Shown here piece by piece: positions 21,975 through 34,623 of a stretch of 64,000 nucleotides of DNA. Both the position numbers and the translations under genes were made by a program. This DNA is from Octopus sinensis (taxonomy: Eukaryota): NCBI RefSeq assembly GCF_006345805.1, contig NC_042998.1, forward strand, positions 134,602,001-134,666,000, in the 5' to 3' direction. Below the pieces are notes generated by a model. The model worked only from the letters and a program-made list of their open reading frames with translations. It was not told where the DNA came from and did not search any database. How positions within the stretch are numbered: position 1 is the stretch's first letter; each line of letters begins with the position of its first letter.

Positions 21975-23902
21975 ATATATATAATGAACTTCAGTCTTGC
22001 TTACTTGCTTGCAATGTTGCACAACCAAACTGGCACATAATGGGAAAATACTATGAATTAAGGTGCCCTGAAATGTGAATACAAACGGAATAAAACAGGT
22101 TTCTCGTAAATCGGACAACTGGTTCTTGAGATATTAGGGATTTGGGGGCTATAAATACTCAAAACGGTGCATAATTTGAAATTACTCCGAAAATAACTTA
22201 ACTCCGAAAGGGAAGAAAGTCTAACCTTTCGATTAGTGACTTTAACTTGCCAACGAAAAAATACGAGTTGTTTTTAACAGTAAATGTTTCTATTTTCGCT
22301 TTTGTTAAACACAATATTAGAATCATTTAGAAATATTTTTAAGTGAATGTGATTTCAAAAATGTAAGTTGTTTGTACAGTATTTACATTTTAGCTTTCTT
22401 TAAACAGACAATATTTTTATGTTTTTTTAAAATTATTTTCAAGTGAATACCATTACAAACCTTTTTGTTTTTGGCATATTTAAAAAATATTTTAAAATGA
22501 AAATAACTTAAAAAATATGGTAAATACTTCGTAAAAGACCCGTTCGTAACCTCGGTGTGAAATAATTTTTCCCATAGGTTTTTTTTTTATTGCATTCAAC
22601 GTATCTCACCTCCAAAGATTTGGTTGCTATTTCTTGCACGCCCTGTTACCACGTGACAACTATTTGCGATAAAGGACCCGAAATAGCTGTTACGTGGTAG
22701 CAGGGCGTGCAAGAAATCTTTTATTTTCTAGAGAAAGGAGCAGTTTACGCGTATTTCGATGTCAGTTTCTTAAAAAGCATGCGAAATAACCTGGAAAAGA
22801 AAAGAAAAACTCACGAAATAAAACTCCGTTGGTGGGAAACTTCAAGGTCGCCACAACCCTTCACTCTTTCTTTTCCGGAAGAAAGTGGCTTGGGGTGGGT
22901 TTGGAGGTGAGATACGTTGAATGCACTCGAAAAAACCTGTTGAAAAAATTATTTGACACCGAAGTACGAACAGGTCCTTTACGAAATATTTACATAAGAT
23001 CGGAATAGGCATGCGAATAGAAGAATCGATGAGACTAATAAAGCAAGGGCTGAGCGTCTGGCGGAACAAAGAGAAAGAGACAGAAGCAGAAGAGATCAGG
23101 AATCGGACACTCAGAGAGCTCAGCATCTGGTGAAACAGGGAAAGAGACAAAAGCAGGAGACATCACGAATCGGATGCTCATGTGAATACAAATGTAATAA
23201 AACAAGTTTTGCATAAATCGGACCACAGGTTACCGAGACACACAGTTTTTCGGGTACCTTTATAAATAGCCAAAATGGCGTATAATGGAAAAAATGCTTT
23301 GAAAGTAAGGTACCATTGAAATGTGAATACACACAGAATAAGTTTCGCGTAAACCGGACTTCGAATTCCCGAGATATGCGGGTTTTTTTCGGGTAACTTA
23401 AACTGTTAGCGACCCAACGGATCAGGGGTAGTCTTGTATTATAAAAATGAACTTCAATCTTGCTTGCTTGCTTGCTTGCAATGTTACACAGCTAAACTGG
23501 CGCATAATGGTAAAATACTATGAATTAAGGTTCCCCTGAAATGTGAATGCAAACGAAATAAAACAAGTTTCGCTTAAATCGGACCACTGGTTCTTGGGAG
23601 TTTCGGGGGTATAAATACTCAAAACGGTGCATAATGGGAAAATACTCGGAAAATAACTTAACCCAGAAAGGAAAGAAACTCTAACCTTTCGATTAGCCAC
23701 ATGACGTTAAACACGATGATTTAATCATTTAGAAATATTTTTAAGCGAATGTGATTTCAAAAATGTAAGTTGTTTGTACAGTAAGTATTCTTTAAATACG
23801 AAATAACAGACGTTTCACCTAAATCGGACCACGGATTCCCGAGAAACGCGTTTTTCGAGTACCTTGAAGTATTGGTGACCCAACGGGTCACGAGTAGTCT
23901 AG
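21975..23902 (+). mobile_element. Composite/tandem non-autonomous Helitron-like element(s)
   Basis: 21983-22380 is repeated at 23447-23782. The 3' hairpin GTGACCCAACGGGTCAC is followed by CTAG|T at about 23876-23903, and a second degenerate 3' end lies at 23410-23440. Confidence 0.7.
22629..22718. repeat. Inverted repeat with 37-bp arms
   Basis: ATTTCTTGCACGCCCTGTTACCACGTGACAACTATTT versus AAATAGCTGTTACGTGGTAGCAGGGCGTGCAAGAAAT (3 mismatches). Confidence 0.85.
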
Positions 23903-24236
23903 TATATATATATTTATCTTACATATAAAACGCATTGTGTGTCCTCCAAGTCACGCTAGAGGAAAGCAGAGTAAAACAACAAACGGATTGGGAGTGAATG
24001 ACAGTCAAAGCGGTAAAGCAGGCGGACAACATTCAAAAGTTTTGCTCTAAAGGCGCTGGTAGTTTAATCAATATAGAACAGCATATTTTTATAGTAAATT
24101 GTATTTAGTTTAGCAGTTTCATACACTCATACATGCACATACATACACACACACATACATATATGAAAGTAAATATTAAACACTTTTAATTTTATCGTTC
24201 ATGTAATATCGCCTATATCTAAATGCTATGTGAACG

Positions 24237-24302
<66 letters not shown>

Positions 24303-24439
24303 AGGGGGGCAGAGATATGTCTATATACAAATATATATATAAGTATATATCGTTTGTAAAAAGCATATATATATCTCTCTCTCTATATATATATACATAC
24401 GCGTGATTATACACATACACACATACAAACATGTATCAT

Positions 24440-24606
24440 GGGAGTAATATTTTCAACCGAGACGTTACAACCATATCTGATTCTTCAAGTACATCAATTC
24501 TATGTTATACATATACTTACAAGATTGCTGACACTTATCTATGGTTTCTCCCATTGTATTAATGATCATTAATAAAATTGTCGGCATTTTTGACGACACG
24601 AGTATG

Positions 24607-24610
<4 letters not shown>
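24440..24610 (+). mobile_element. Old dispersed repeat with a Helitron-like 3' end (second copy 26460-26618)
   Basis: Both copies share ATATTTTCAACC..ATATCTGATT and end in GGCATTTTT.ACGACACG.GTATGCTA(G)T. Confidence 0.5.
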
Positions 24611-24678
<68 letters not shown>

Positions 24679-24842
24679 GTGTGTGTGTGTGTGTGTGTAT
24701 AAAAATATATATAAAAATACAAAATGGGACAAGAATGCAAAACACTCAAATAGACGACACAAAAAATGGACGGGTCATTCGAAGCCTCTAATCTTCAGTC
24801 AAGAACCGGATCATCCTCGCAATTTCGGCTGATTAATATATA

Positions 24843-24883
<41 letters not shown>

Positions 24884-25221
24884 TCTCTGGCAGGTTCGCA
24901 TCTGGGCTTTAAGACTTTCTCTTGTTCTGCAGCAGCGATGGACGCAACGTGTGTTATGTCATGCTTTGTATTGAAAAATAAGTTCTAAATATGGTCCAGT
25001 CGATGTGTTGGTTAGTCTGTGGTTTTCTCCATTTTCTAATTATTTGCATTTGTTCCTGATAAACTCTTGTTTATCCTGTTGTTATCTGCTCTCTACGTGC
25101 ATGGTGTACCTGCACACCACTGCCCCGGGATAATATAGGTAACGGATACCGATAGTATATATGGATATTTTATCCCTTAGTCGGTTACTATAACCGCTAA
25201 CTCTGTTTACACACACACACA

Positions 25222-25630
25222 TTTTACTTGTTTCAGTCATTAGTTTGCAGTCATGGTGGGGCGCTGCTTTGAAGAATTCTTGGTTTAAAGCTTAGTACTT
25301 ATTCCATCGGTTTCATACCAAACCACTAAGTTACAGATACATGAACACACCGGTTGTCAAGTGGTGGTAGGAGACAAACACAGATACCAGATATACGCGC
25401 GCACACACTCACACGCGCGCGCGCATGTACGTACGCACACACGTATGCACGCACGCACACACATTTATGACGAGCTTCTTTTGGTTTCCGTCAACCAAAT
25501 CCATTCACAAGGCTTCGGTCGACCCGAGACTATAGTAGAAGACACTTGCCCAAGATGTGACAGGGTGGGACTGAACCCGGAGCCATCTGGTTGGGAAGCA
25601 AGCTTCTTACCACGCAGCCACGTCTGCGCA
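25222..25630 (-). mobile_element. SINE family B, diverged copy
   Basis: TTTTACTTGTTTCAGTCAT..GACACTTGCCCAAG..GGGACTGAACCCGG. Confidence 0.8.
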
Positions 25631-26414
25631 TTCTTTCATTGTTTTTTTTTTCTTTCTTTCATTTTAGTCCGTGTTCTATACTTGCCTCTCCTGATACTAA
25701 CCCTTATTTCTTCTACCAAGTAAGGCATAACACATTCACACACACACACACACACACACACATCTGTATATGTATGCACATGCATCAATGCATATATAAA
25801 TGTGTGTGTGTATGAGTGCGTGCGCGCACGTGTGTAGTAAAAAGTTTGCTGCTCAACCTCGCAGTAAGCTCGGGCTGGCCAAATCCTTTTGAGAGGATTT
25901 TGTAGATGGAAACTGAAAGTCTGTTGTTAAATCGCTCTGGGAACTACGTTCAGGGTACAGGTATCTGTGGAGTTCTCAACCACTTGCACGTTAATTCCAC
26001 GAGTATGCTGTTCCGTTGATCGAATCAACGGGGTGCCAGTCAGTTACGCTCGGCATTCATTATATAGTAAAATTGTATATTCACGAATCAATGGAAATAA
26101 AGAAAGCTTGCTCATGAGATCACCAGAACATCACGCTTACACCAATGTTCAACTTGATGTGTATGGATATGTGGTTCTGTGTGTGTGTGTTTTACTGTCT
26201 CCTTGCTTTGCCATCGGGCAGTAGTTTTAAGCGAATGTCACTGTCGTGCAAGAGGTGTTTTTTGTTTCCAGTCTTCCACGTAATCTTGTTTGGGCATAGA
26301 TGCCATTCCCGTCACTAATCCTTACCTGGAAGCAGGTGAGGGTTAGTGGTGGAAATGGTGTCCCGCTATACAAAATCTGTCTGATCCATGCAAACATCGA
26401 AAAGTAGATGTTTC

Positions 26415-26445
<31 letters not shown>

Positions 26446-27298
26446 TGTGTATTACATAGCTGATAATATTTTCAACCATATCTGATTGTTCAACTGCTTC
26501 CTTTCAGTGTATGTACATATATTTACTTGATTGCTCCATGTTTTTCCCAATATTCTGATGTACTATTTTCAATCATAAATAAGACTATTGGCATTTTTAA
26601 CGACACGGGTATGCTAGTGTCGTGAGGTGTCATTTGTATAATTGATGTTGGTGGAAAACGAAAATGTCTTTCTAGGTCTGCATGTAAAAATGATTAACAA
26701 ACGCTCACGAACTTCACGAGAAATTAACAGAAGGTTTATTTACTGTACATAGTATTTTCTGTGTTGCTTTTTGGACGAAAAATAACAGCGACAATCACAC
26801 ACCAGGAGAGACATACTACGAGGATCTACAGAAATCTAAATGGTATATAGCAAAATAATCGCACTATATTCGTGACGACAAGTTCTGCATCTTCTAACTG
26901 CCATGAGAATGGAGACATCAAGCGGTTGCCTCAACATTTTACAGACAGCTGTCATACATTCTAGAGTTGCCACTAAAAAGCCAAAATTTTATAGGGCTCA
27001 ATGAAAGGATTCTAGAAATCGACACACGTGATAGGTTGATGCTGATTGGTCGGTTATTAGACCGATCACGTGAAACGACAATGATTTAGCCGTGATGTTT
27101 ACTCGGCTATCCAGCGATTCAGTTTCGAATCTGTTGCACAAGTAATAATACTAATAAGGCGTGATTAGATATACAGTGAAATGGACTGGTCATAAATGAA
27201 AAGATTTTGATCTTATGTCTGTTTAATCAGGGCTTATGTGGGCTTAAGCAATTACGACAACAACAACAATAACTAATATTATTTATAAGGGATAAAAC

Positions 27299-27672
27299 AG
27301 TGGCTGTGTGGTAAGTATCTTGCTTACCAACCACATGGTTCCGGGTTCAATCCCACTGAGTGGCACCTTGGGCAAGTGTCTTCTACTATAGCCTCGGGCC
27401 GACCAAAGCCTTGTGAATGGATTTGGTAGACGGAAACTGAAAGAACCCCATCGTATATATGTATATGTATGTGTGTGTGTAAATGCTTGTGTCTGTGTTT
27501 GTCCACCCACCCCCAACATCGCTTGACAACCGATGTTGGTGTGTTTACATCCCCGTAACTTAGCAGTTCGGCATAAATACTAGGCATACAAAAATAAGTC
27601 CTGGGGTCGATTTGCTCGACTAAAGGCGGTGCTCCAGCATGGCCGCAGTCAAATGACTGAAACAAGTAAAAT
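27299..27672 (+). mobile_element. SINE family B, plus-strand young copy
   Basis: TGGCTGTGTGGTAAG, GGTTCAATCCC and ACCTTGGGCAAGTG through to the tail GACTGAAACAAGTAAAA. Confidence 0.9.
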
Positions 27673-28020
27673 AGTAAAAATCCAATAAATGGATGCTACG
27701 GTGCGTTCACCCAGGCGCCGACAAACATAGTTTGTAACTTGGTATTGATTTCTATATGACGTGTTTCGTTTGTATGACACCACAGGTGGTATTGGTAAAT
27801 CATGTCTGTTACAACTTCTTTGTAAATATTAAAAAATGTTACCCATGTAAAAAAAAAGAAGGTTAAATAATCCATCGTTTGAATATTTCATTGATTTCCT
27901 GTAATTAACTTTTAGATATTTACACTTTATGTATAATAATCTTTTATCAAATTCCATATGCTAAAGTGAACTAAATTATGCAATACGTTGAAAGTATGCT
28001 TCTCTGGAAATATAAGCTGA

Positions 28021-29790
28021 TTTTTTTATTTCCCACTAGGGGACATCATAGAAGGGGACAACACAATCTGATTTGGAGTCAGATGAACGAATGAGATTAA
28101 AAATTCACAAAATATGAAAATATAAAGAAATCGAATGAAAGGACAGACCGGAAGACATTACGGATGGAGTGGGGGGGTTAATTCGGATCCCACGAGCCCC
28201 GCCTCGCCACTGATACCTGGGATACGTCCTGTGTCGCATTCATGAGGTTACATTCATACGCAACATCCGTGCTACATTCTTCCATCGATTTCCGAACATT
28301 TTCACAGTCAGGCATTTTCTCTCTAGCCCTATTTTCCTTTTAAGGTGAAAGGTGAAGTAATTCATCAATTCAGGGCCAGAGATGAAATTGCCTGACTCTA
28401 ACCCTTTCAGCCTCGTCTTCCAAATCGCCTCTCTCGCAATTGCTACTACAATGAGAAAACAATTCTTACCTTCTTTCGATAGGAAATCAGGTGGGTCAAT
28501 TTTTACTATAGACTCAGTCGACAGCTGTACTCTTCTTGCACTTGACAACAGTTGTTCGGCTCAAACCCACACGTCTGACACCTCCGAACACTGAATAATA
28601 GCGTATGGGACGGTTTCCCTATCCCGCCCACATCTTGGATAGGTCGAAGGGCCTTGGCCATCATGCCTTGTGAGCTTGTCCCGAACAGGTAAGGCTCCTG
28701 GGTAACACTGCCATGCCAGAGACTTCTGAAAGTTGTCCAGGGTCTTCGGCTTGAATGTACGTCGGAACAGACTGGCCAGCTGATTATCGTCGAGATCTAG
28801 GGTTTCCTCTACAAGCCCTCTAGAAAAGAATGCGGTGGGACCTCCACTACAGGCATTGCTCGAGCGGCGGAATAGCAGGAGAGCCTTGCGACACTCTGTA
28901 AACCATATACCCAACTCGATCTTCGATATAACCAGGTTTCCCGTCCACCGAAACTAGTGAACTTAGGAATATCCGTTTCACTAGCGGAGACCACACCCGT
29001 TCACCAACCAGGTACAGCTACTGATGCCTCAACCTCAGCATATGTCTGCGCATCAACAGCCAAGGTATCCTTAGCCCACCCATTAACGGTTGTTAGCAGC
29101 AAATAAAGTGTCTTACAAGCGGTTTCGAACCTTTCCACAAGAAGTCTAAGAGCTGTCTTTCCAGCTTGATCAACCACGAATCAGAGCAAGGAACGACGGT
29201 TAGGCGGTAGGTGATGACCGATGCGATGAACACATTGGCTACCTCCGCCCTCCCTTTCAGGGATAGCCACCGCCAAGACCAGGTTTTGACTATGTGGGTC
29301 ACCCTGCTCGATACCTCGGTTCAGTTCTTCTCTATTTGGAGGTCTGGTCCGAACCAAACTTCTAGCAACTTAATCGGACCCTCCGTCCAACGTTCCACAA
29401 CGCTGTCAGGAGACATCGACTTGCCTCTCCTGGTACCGAGTTGCAAGCCGACTGACTTTTCATGATTAACCTTTGCTCCAGCCACCGGCTCGTAAACCTT
29501 AATGGCCTTGCCTACCCTCTGTAGGTGATCCATTTCGGTTACGATGATGGTGAAGCCGACTTTCCATAACTTGGCTGTCTTGGGATGCCGCTCAATTTTC
29601 GTAGTAATGACTCAAGAGCCACTACATACAAAAGCGGGGAGAGCGTACACCCATGGCGAATCGAACTACCGAGTCGACGTTGTCATAAATCTGAATGATC
29701 CACCTGAGGAAGCCATGAACCAGGCCGAACTGCGACAGAACGGACACCAGGTACCGATGGTCAACCCTATCAAAAGCCATTGATTGGTCC
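28021..29790 (-). mobile_element. 5'-truncated, degenerate Tx1/L1-clade LINE (RT C-terminal half, cysteine-rich domain, A-tail)
   Basis: YEPVAGAKVNHEKS, WSWRWLSLKGRAEVAN, LLDFLWKG, ALPVRDKL..PRCG..ETVPYAIIQC..V..VW and AIAREAIWKTR. A T-run at 28021 is the A-tail on the minus strand. Confidence 0.88.
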
Positions 29791-30469
29791 AAATGGACCA
29801 GTGACCCACTCTTGCCAGAATCACTATTAAACTCCTCTAAAGTGTACCACTAGTATTTGTTATTTGCAATGCATTTGTAGACTGAGGCTTTGTAGACATT
29901 TAAATTTTATTAATGAACCAATTAGTTATCAGATAAGACCAAGACTACCAAATCTCATTTACATTTCTATTTGGTATTGTAATTTTCTCTCTTTAAAATC
30001 AAGATAGAACTGGGAAAAAGAAAAGAAAAGAAAAGTAGAAAGAAAAAACAAATGAAAAATATAAAACCAGCAAGTTGAAGTAAACTATAGTTACTATCGG
30101 ATCTAAACATGTTTATACATGTTTGTTTGCTCTCGCCAAGTACAATTGATTAGAATTGGAAAGGGTACTGTGTGAGACTGAGTCATCATCAAAATACAAA
30201 TTATTTGAACAGATGATTTTCCTCGCAGTATTTAGATTTATTTTTTGTATTTTTTTTTTCGATAGAAAAAAACCCAACAAATACAATCCCTAAATAATAT
30301 GTCCTTTTCACAGATACCCAACGCCGAAACTTCAAGAGCACAGAATTTAAAGGACTGAGCTACATAAAAATTAAAAAAAGGAGTGTCGTGCAATTATGTG
30401 TGTTTGCGCGCGCATAGACAGGTATATACACACACAACGATATATATATATATATATATACATTTTTGT

Positions 30470-30638
30470 ATTTTTACTCTTTTATTTGTTTCAGTCATTT
30501 GACTGCGGCCATGCAGGAACACTGTGTTTAGTCGAACAAATCGACCTCAGGACTTATTCTTTGTTAGTTACAGGGACGTAAACACACCAACATCGGTTGT
30601 TTTGCGATGGTGGGGTGACAAACGCAGACGCACAAATC

Positions 30639-30672
<34 letters not shown>

Positions 30673-30835
30673 GATGGGCTTCTTTCAGTTTCCGTCTACC
30701 AAATCCACTCACAAGGCTTTGGTCAGCTCTAAGCTATAGTAGCAGACACTTGCCCAAGGTGCCACGTTGTGGGACTGAACCCGGAACCATGTGATTGGTA
30801 AGCAAGCTACTTACCACACAGCCACTCCTGCCCCT
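30470..30835 (-). mobile_element. SINE family B copy
   Basis: Match to 5770-6163. Confidence 0.9.
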
Positions 30836-32626
30836 ATTTACTATTTTAATCAATATTGAGTCATAGCTTACACATAGTCATAGCTGCCGTCCCAGCAGTG
30901 TATCAGCTGCTGTATTATTGTCGTTGTTACTGCTACTGCTGATGTTGTTAACTTTTGTTATTGTTTTTCTTTGATAGTGGGTCTACTCAATTAGAGTTGA
31001 CCTAGTTCAACAGACCTACGATCAAAGGTATTCCACTCGTGACTATCTGGTCTGCTTGTATAAACACAGAACATTATCAAACTGTTCTTGCTTGTTTTAA
31101 GGCGGTGTGATGTGATTTGAGGAAGATTTGACTGCTATTTCTAGCAGATTGAACTACTTTATAAAACCATCCCACTTTCGTGTATCAGATCTCTTATCAA
31201 AGGTAATCTAGCCATGATCACCCATTGGACTATTAGCGACCTCCTTAACTTTAATGAATGTACTGGGTCATTAATGACTCATAGGATCAGTTACCCGGTT
31301 TCCTTGGCGTACAAGTGACTGAGATTATAACATTCCCTCTAAACGAAACGCCAGTGCGCCGCAGGGTTACCCGTTTATAACTCTGTGAATTGGAGCAGCG
31401 CAAAATAAAGAGTTTTGGTCCAAAACTCAAAGCACTGCACATTCCGGTAATCGAAACCACAATCTTGTGTGCAACACGCTACCCACTAGGCCTCGCATTA
31501 TTTGGTTTTGTTTGTATAAACGTTTATGTGTGGAAATAAGAGTGTTGGTAAACACATTGTAAAATGAGTCAGCGACACGTGTTCAATCCATGGTTGAACC
31601 TTCTCCCTTGCTAGTATGACTTGTTAGTCATACATGTCATTTCCAGTCGTACTCGAATGGAAAGATTCCATTGCGAGGACTTGTCTTTGATATGAATTGA
31701 AACTGTAATTTTATTTTTCAGATAATTGAAGAAATTCTGAAAATTTATTGGAATATAACATATATGTATATGATACAAATCCAAAACCGAGAGAGAAAAA
31801 GAAAAGGAAAAAGAGGAACAAAGAGAGAAAACAGGAAATAAAAACATCAATTCAGCACAAAGTGCCTCAATTGGTCGCACACCACAAGGTTCAACGGTAC
31901 CTACAGAAGCAAGCCAACACGCTCGTGACATTACCGCGGGCAATGGCAAGGCTAAGGCGTTGGAACAGCCAAATATCCTCACAGGCACCACCTGACACCT
32001 CGGTGAAGGTGAGCCGCTAACGATGACTGTAATTGGTTGGGAATTACATCCACGACCCCCCAACAAAACCGACAACTTCTGCGAAGCTGAAAGCTGCTTG
32101 GTAAAATCAAAGTATTATATTATTTTAAAATGTCATGCTATCATGTTATAGGATAAAATGAATTACTAATACCGCTTTTCTTACACAAACACGCACACAT
32201 AAGAAAAGTGACTGTGGTAAGAATCTCGCTTCCTAACCACATCATTCAGGATTCAATCCCTCTAAGTGACACCTTGGGCGAGTATCTTCTGCTGTAGCCT
32301 CGGAAGCTATAGCAGAAAATGTGTGTGTGTGTGCGTGTATGTTGACCAGAGGTACACGAAGCAGTGTTGATTGAAATATAAATAAGCACAGTTATATTGA
32401 ACATTTGGGCCTTGAAAGACCACGCTGCGGAAACTGTCTTCAGAAAAATTTTCTCTTTATAGACAATATAGGCGGAAACACACCGCTGGGTTATGAATGA
32501 CATCATCAGGGTGCAGAACGCATGTTTTTCTTCATCATTACGCTTCATCAGCAATTCCTATATTAAACAGTAAGTTGTACTTTAGCATTAGATGTCATTC
32601 ATATCCCTGTGTGTACACACCTATAT

Positions 32627-32712
32627 ATGTGTGTGTGTGTTGTGTGTGTGTGTGTGTGTGTGTGTGCGTGCGTGCATGTGTGTATGTGTATGTATATATA
32701 TGTATATATATA

Positions 32713-32760
<48 letters not shown>

Positions 32761-32841
32761 CATACATACATACATACATACATACATACAACATACATAC
32801 ATACATACATACATACATACATACATACATACATACATACA

Positions 32842-32872
<31 letters not shown>
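32627..32872. repeat. Compound (TG)n/(TA)n/(TACA)n microsatellite
   Basis: Direct reading. It is the source of six artefactual ORFs. Confidence 0.95.
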
Positions 32873-33180
32873 TTTATAATATATTATTATTAATATTAGG
32901 AAATCAATATGAGAAAATTCTTCAGAAAGATATATACATGTGTAAAATAATTGTTGTATCAAAAATATCAGTATGTATAAAAATATATGTAAATATGTAT
33001 CAATATAAATATATAATGTATATGACAGTTTAAAAGTTTTGAATTAGTTTTTAAAGCATCTTACGATCGTTTCGCAGAAGTGCTGTCCCTATAATGGAAT
33101 ACTATATTGATAAGTATTTATAAGTATTGATAAATATATTAGTATATTGATAAGTATTTATAAGTATTGATAAGTATTTT

Positions 33181-33413
33181 AAGGCGGCGAGCTGGTAGAA
33201 ACGTTAGCACGCCGGGCGAGATTCGTAGCCGTATTTCGTCTGTCGTTACGTTCCGAGTTCAAATTCCGCCGAGGTCGACTTTGCCTTTCATCCTTTCGGG
33301 GTCGATAAATTAAGTACCAGTTACGCACTGGGGTCGATGTAGTCGACTTAATCCCTTTGTCTGTCCTTGTTTGTCCCCTCTGTGTTTAGCCCCTTGTGGG
33401 TAGTAAAGAAATA
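33181..33413 (+). mobile_element. Young SINE family A with 11-bp TSD
   Basis: GATAAGTATTT at 33169-33179 and 33414-33424. The SINE is inserted in a short TATTGATAAG tandem array. Confidence 0.9.
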
Positions 33414-33476
33414 GATAAGTATTTATAGATAACTCTTGTGCTCTTCATTAATATCAAATAAAGATTTATATATATA

Positions 33477-33990
33477 CTAGCAGTATCGCCCGGCGTTGCT
33501 CGGGTTTGTAAGGGAAATAACTATATAAGCATTTTTAGAGAGTTACTTCCCTTATAGATGCCAATTCGGGCTTTCTTAGCCATTTCTGTTTTGGTGTCTT
33601 CAAGCCATGAAGTCGTTGTTCTAAAAGAACGCTGGTCTCCTTGACAACGCTTTACGACGTTGATTTGCTTACACTCCCTTCCCCACAGCTTCACGAGGGA
33701 GGGAAGAAGGGGGGAGATGCAAACAGGTGCAGGTGTGACCATGGACGCCAACTCCGCCGCCATCGACACACGAAAAATTATGCATTAAAATGGAATAAAA
33801 AATGATGTTAAATTATTTTTAAAATCGTAGACTCATCGTAGACGCGCGCTAATAGCCAGACGGGCTCGATATGAAACACGACTATAAGATACACGAATTT
33901 GGTTAAACTGCACCGCAAAATGTGGGAGTAGTTAGGAATCTAAATCGAAGGGGACAGACACTCACACAACTACAGTTTTATATATATAGA
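33477..33990 (-). mobile_element. Non-autonomous Helitron (514 bp)
   Basis: Minus strand: A|TC start, 3' hairpin CCCGAGCAACGCCGGG, CTAG|T end and no TSD. Near-identical to 41389-41902. Confidence 0.88.
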
Positions 33991-34623
33991 TGTACACACA
34001 CGCATATGCGCATACACATATTATTATATGTAATTCAAACAAAAATTACAGCAACAAATAGGAATTGTGCCACCAAACCAAATAGTTAACTGAGAGTTTT
34101 AACCGAGAAAAGTACCCGAAAATTTACTGATCCAAAGTCAGTTTATACTGGTTACTCATCAAAATGAGAATAAATTAATACTAAAGTTAACGTTTTTATT
34201 ATACCGAAGCTTCTACCCCATTGCTAGGGAATTTAAATCCTCGACTGCCGCTGATGAAACATTTTGTCGTAACAGAACGATCCAGTAAACATTACAACAT
34301 GGGAATCATGTGGATTCGATATTTAATGTATAATGTATTCGATGCTGTACAGTGAGTTTGAAGATGTATGGCCAAAACACTTTAAAGTTCAACGAGTTGG
34401 GTTTGTGCTGGAGGAGCATTGTAAAATTCACAAGTGCTTTGTTTGCATGCGATACTGCGTCCAAATATTTACACAGGAAAATATCATCTGTGGATTGGAC
34501 AACGATACAAAAAGAGGAAAACCAAAGAAAAAAAAAAAACGAAGTCAAGTATATGTCAGCCAAAGGGTGTTCAATAGGCGAAATGGAAAAAAAAAATGAG
34601 AATTATATGAAAGACATAATGTA

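Noticed and set aside
32497-33033. Long ORFs such as the 178-aa YIHT/CVCV/IYIY frames (also 36491-37762 and 168-461)
   Set aside because: These are translations of microsatellites that lack stop codons.
34245-34280. CTGATGA-containing hammerhead candidate
   Set aside because: The GAAA core and stems are not preserved.
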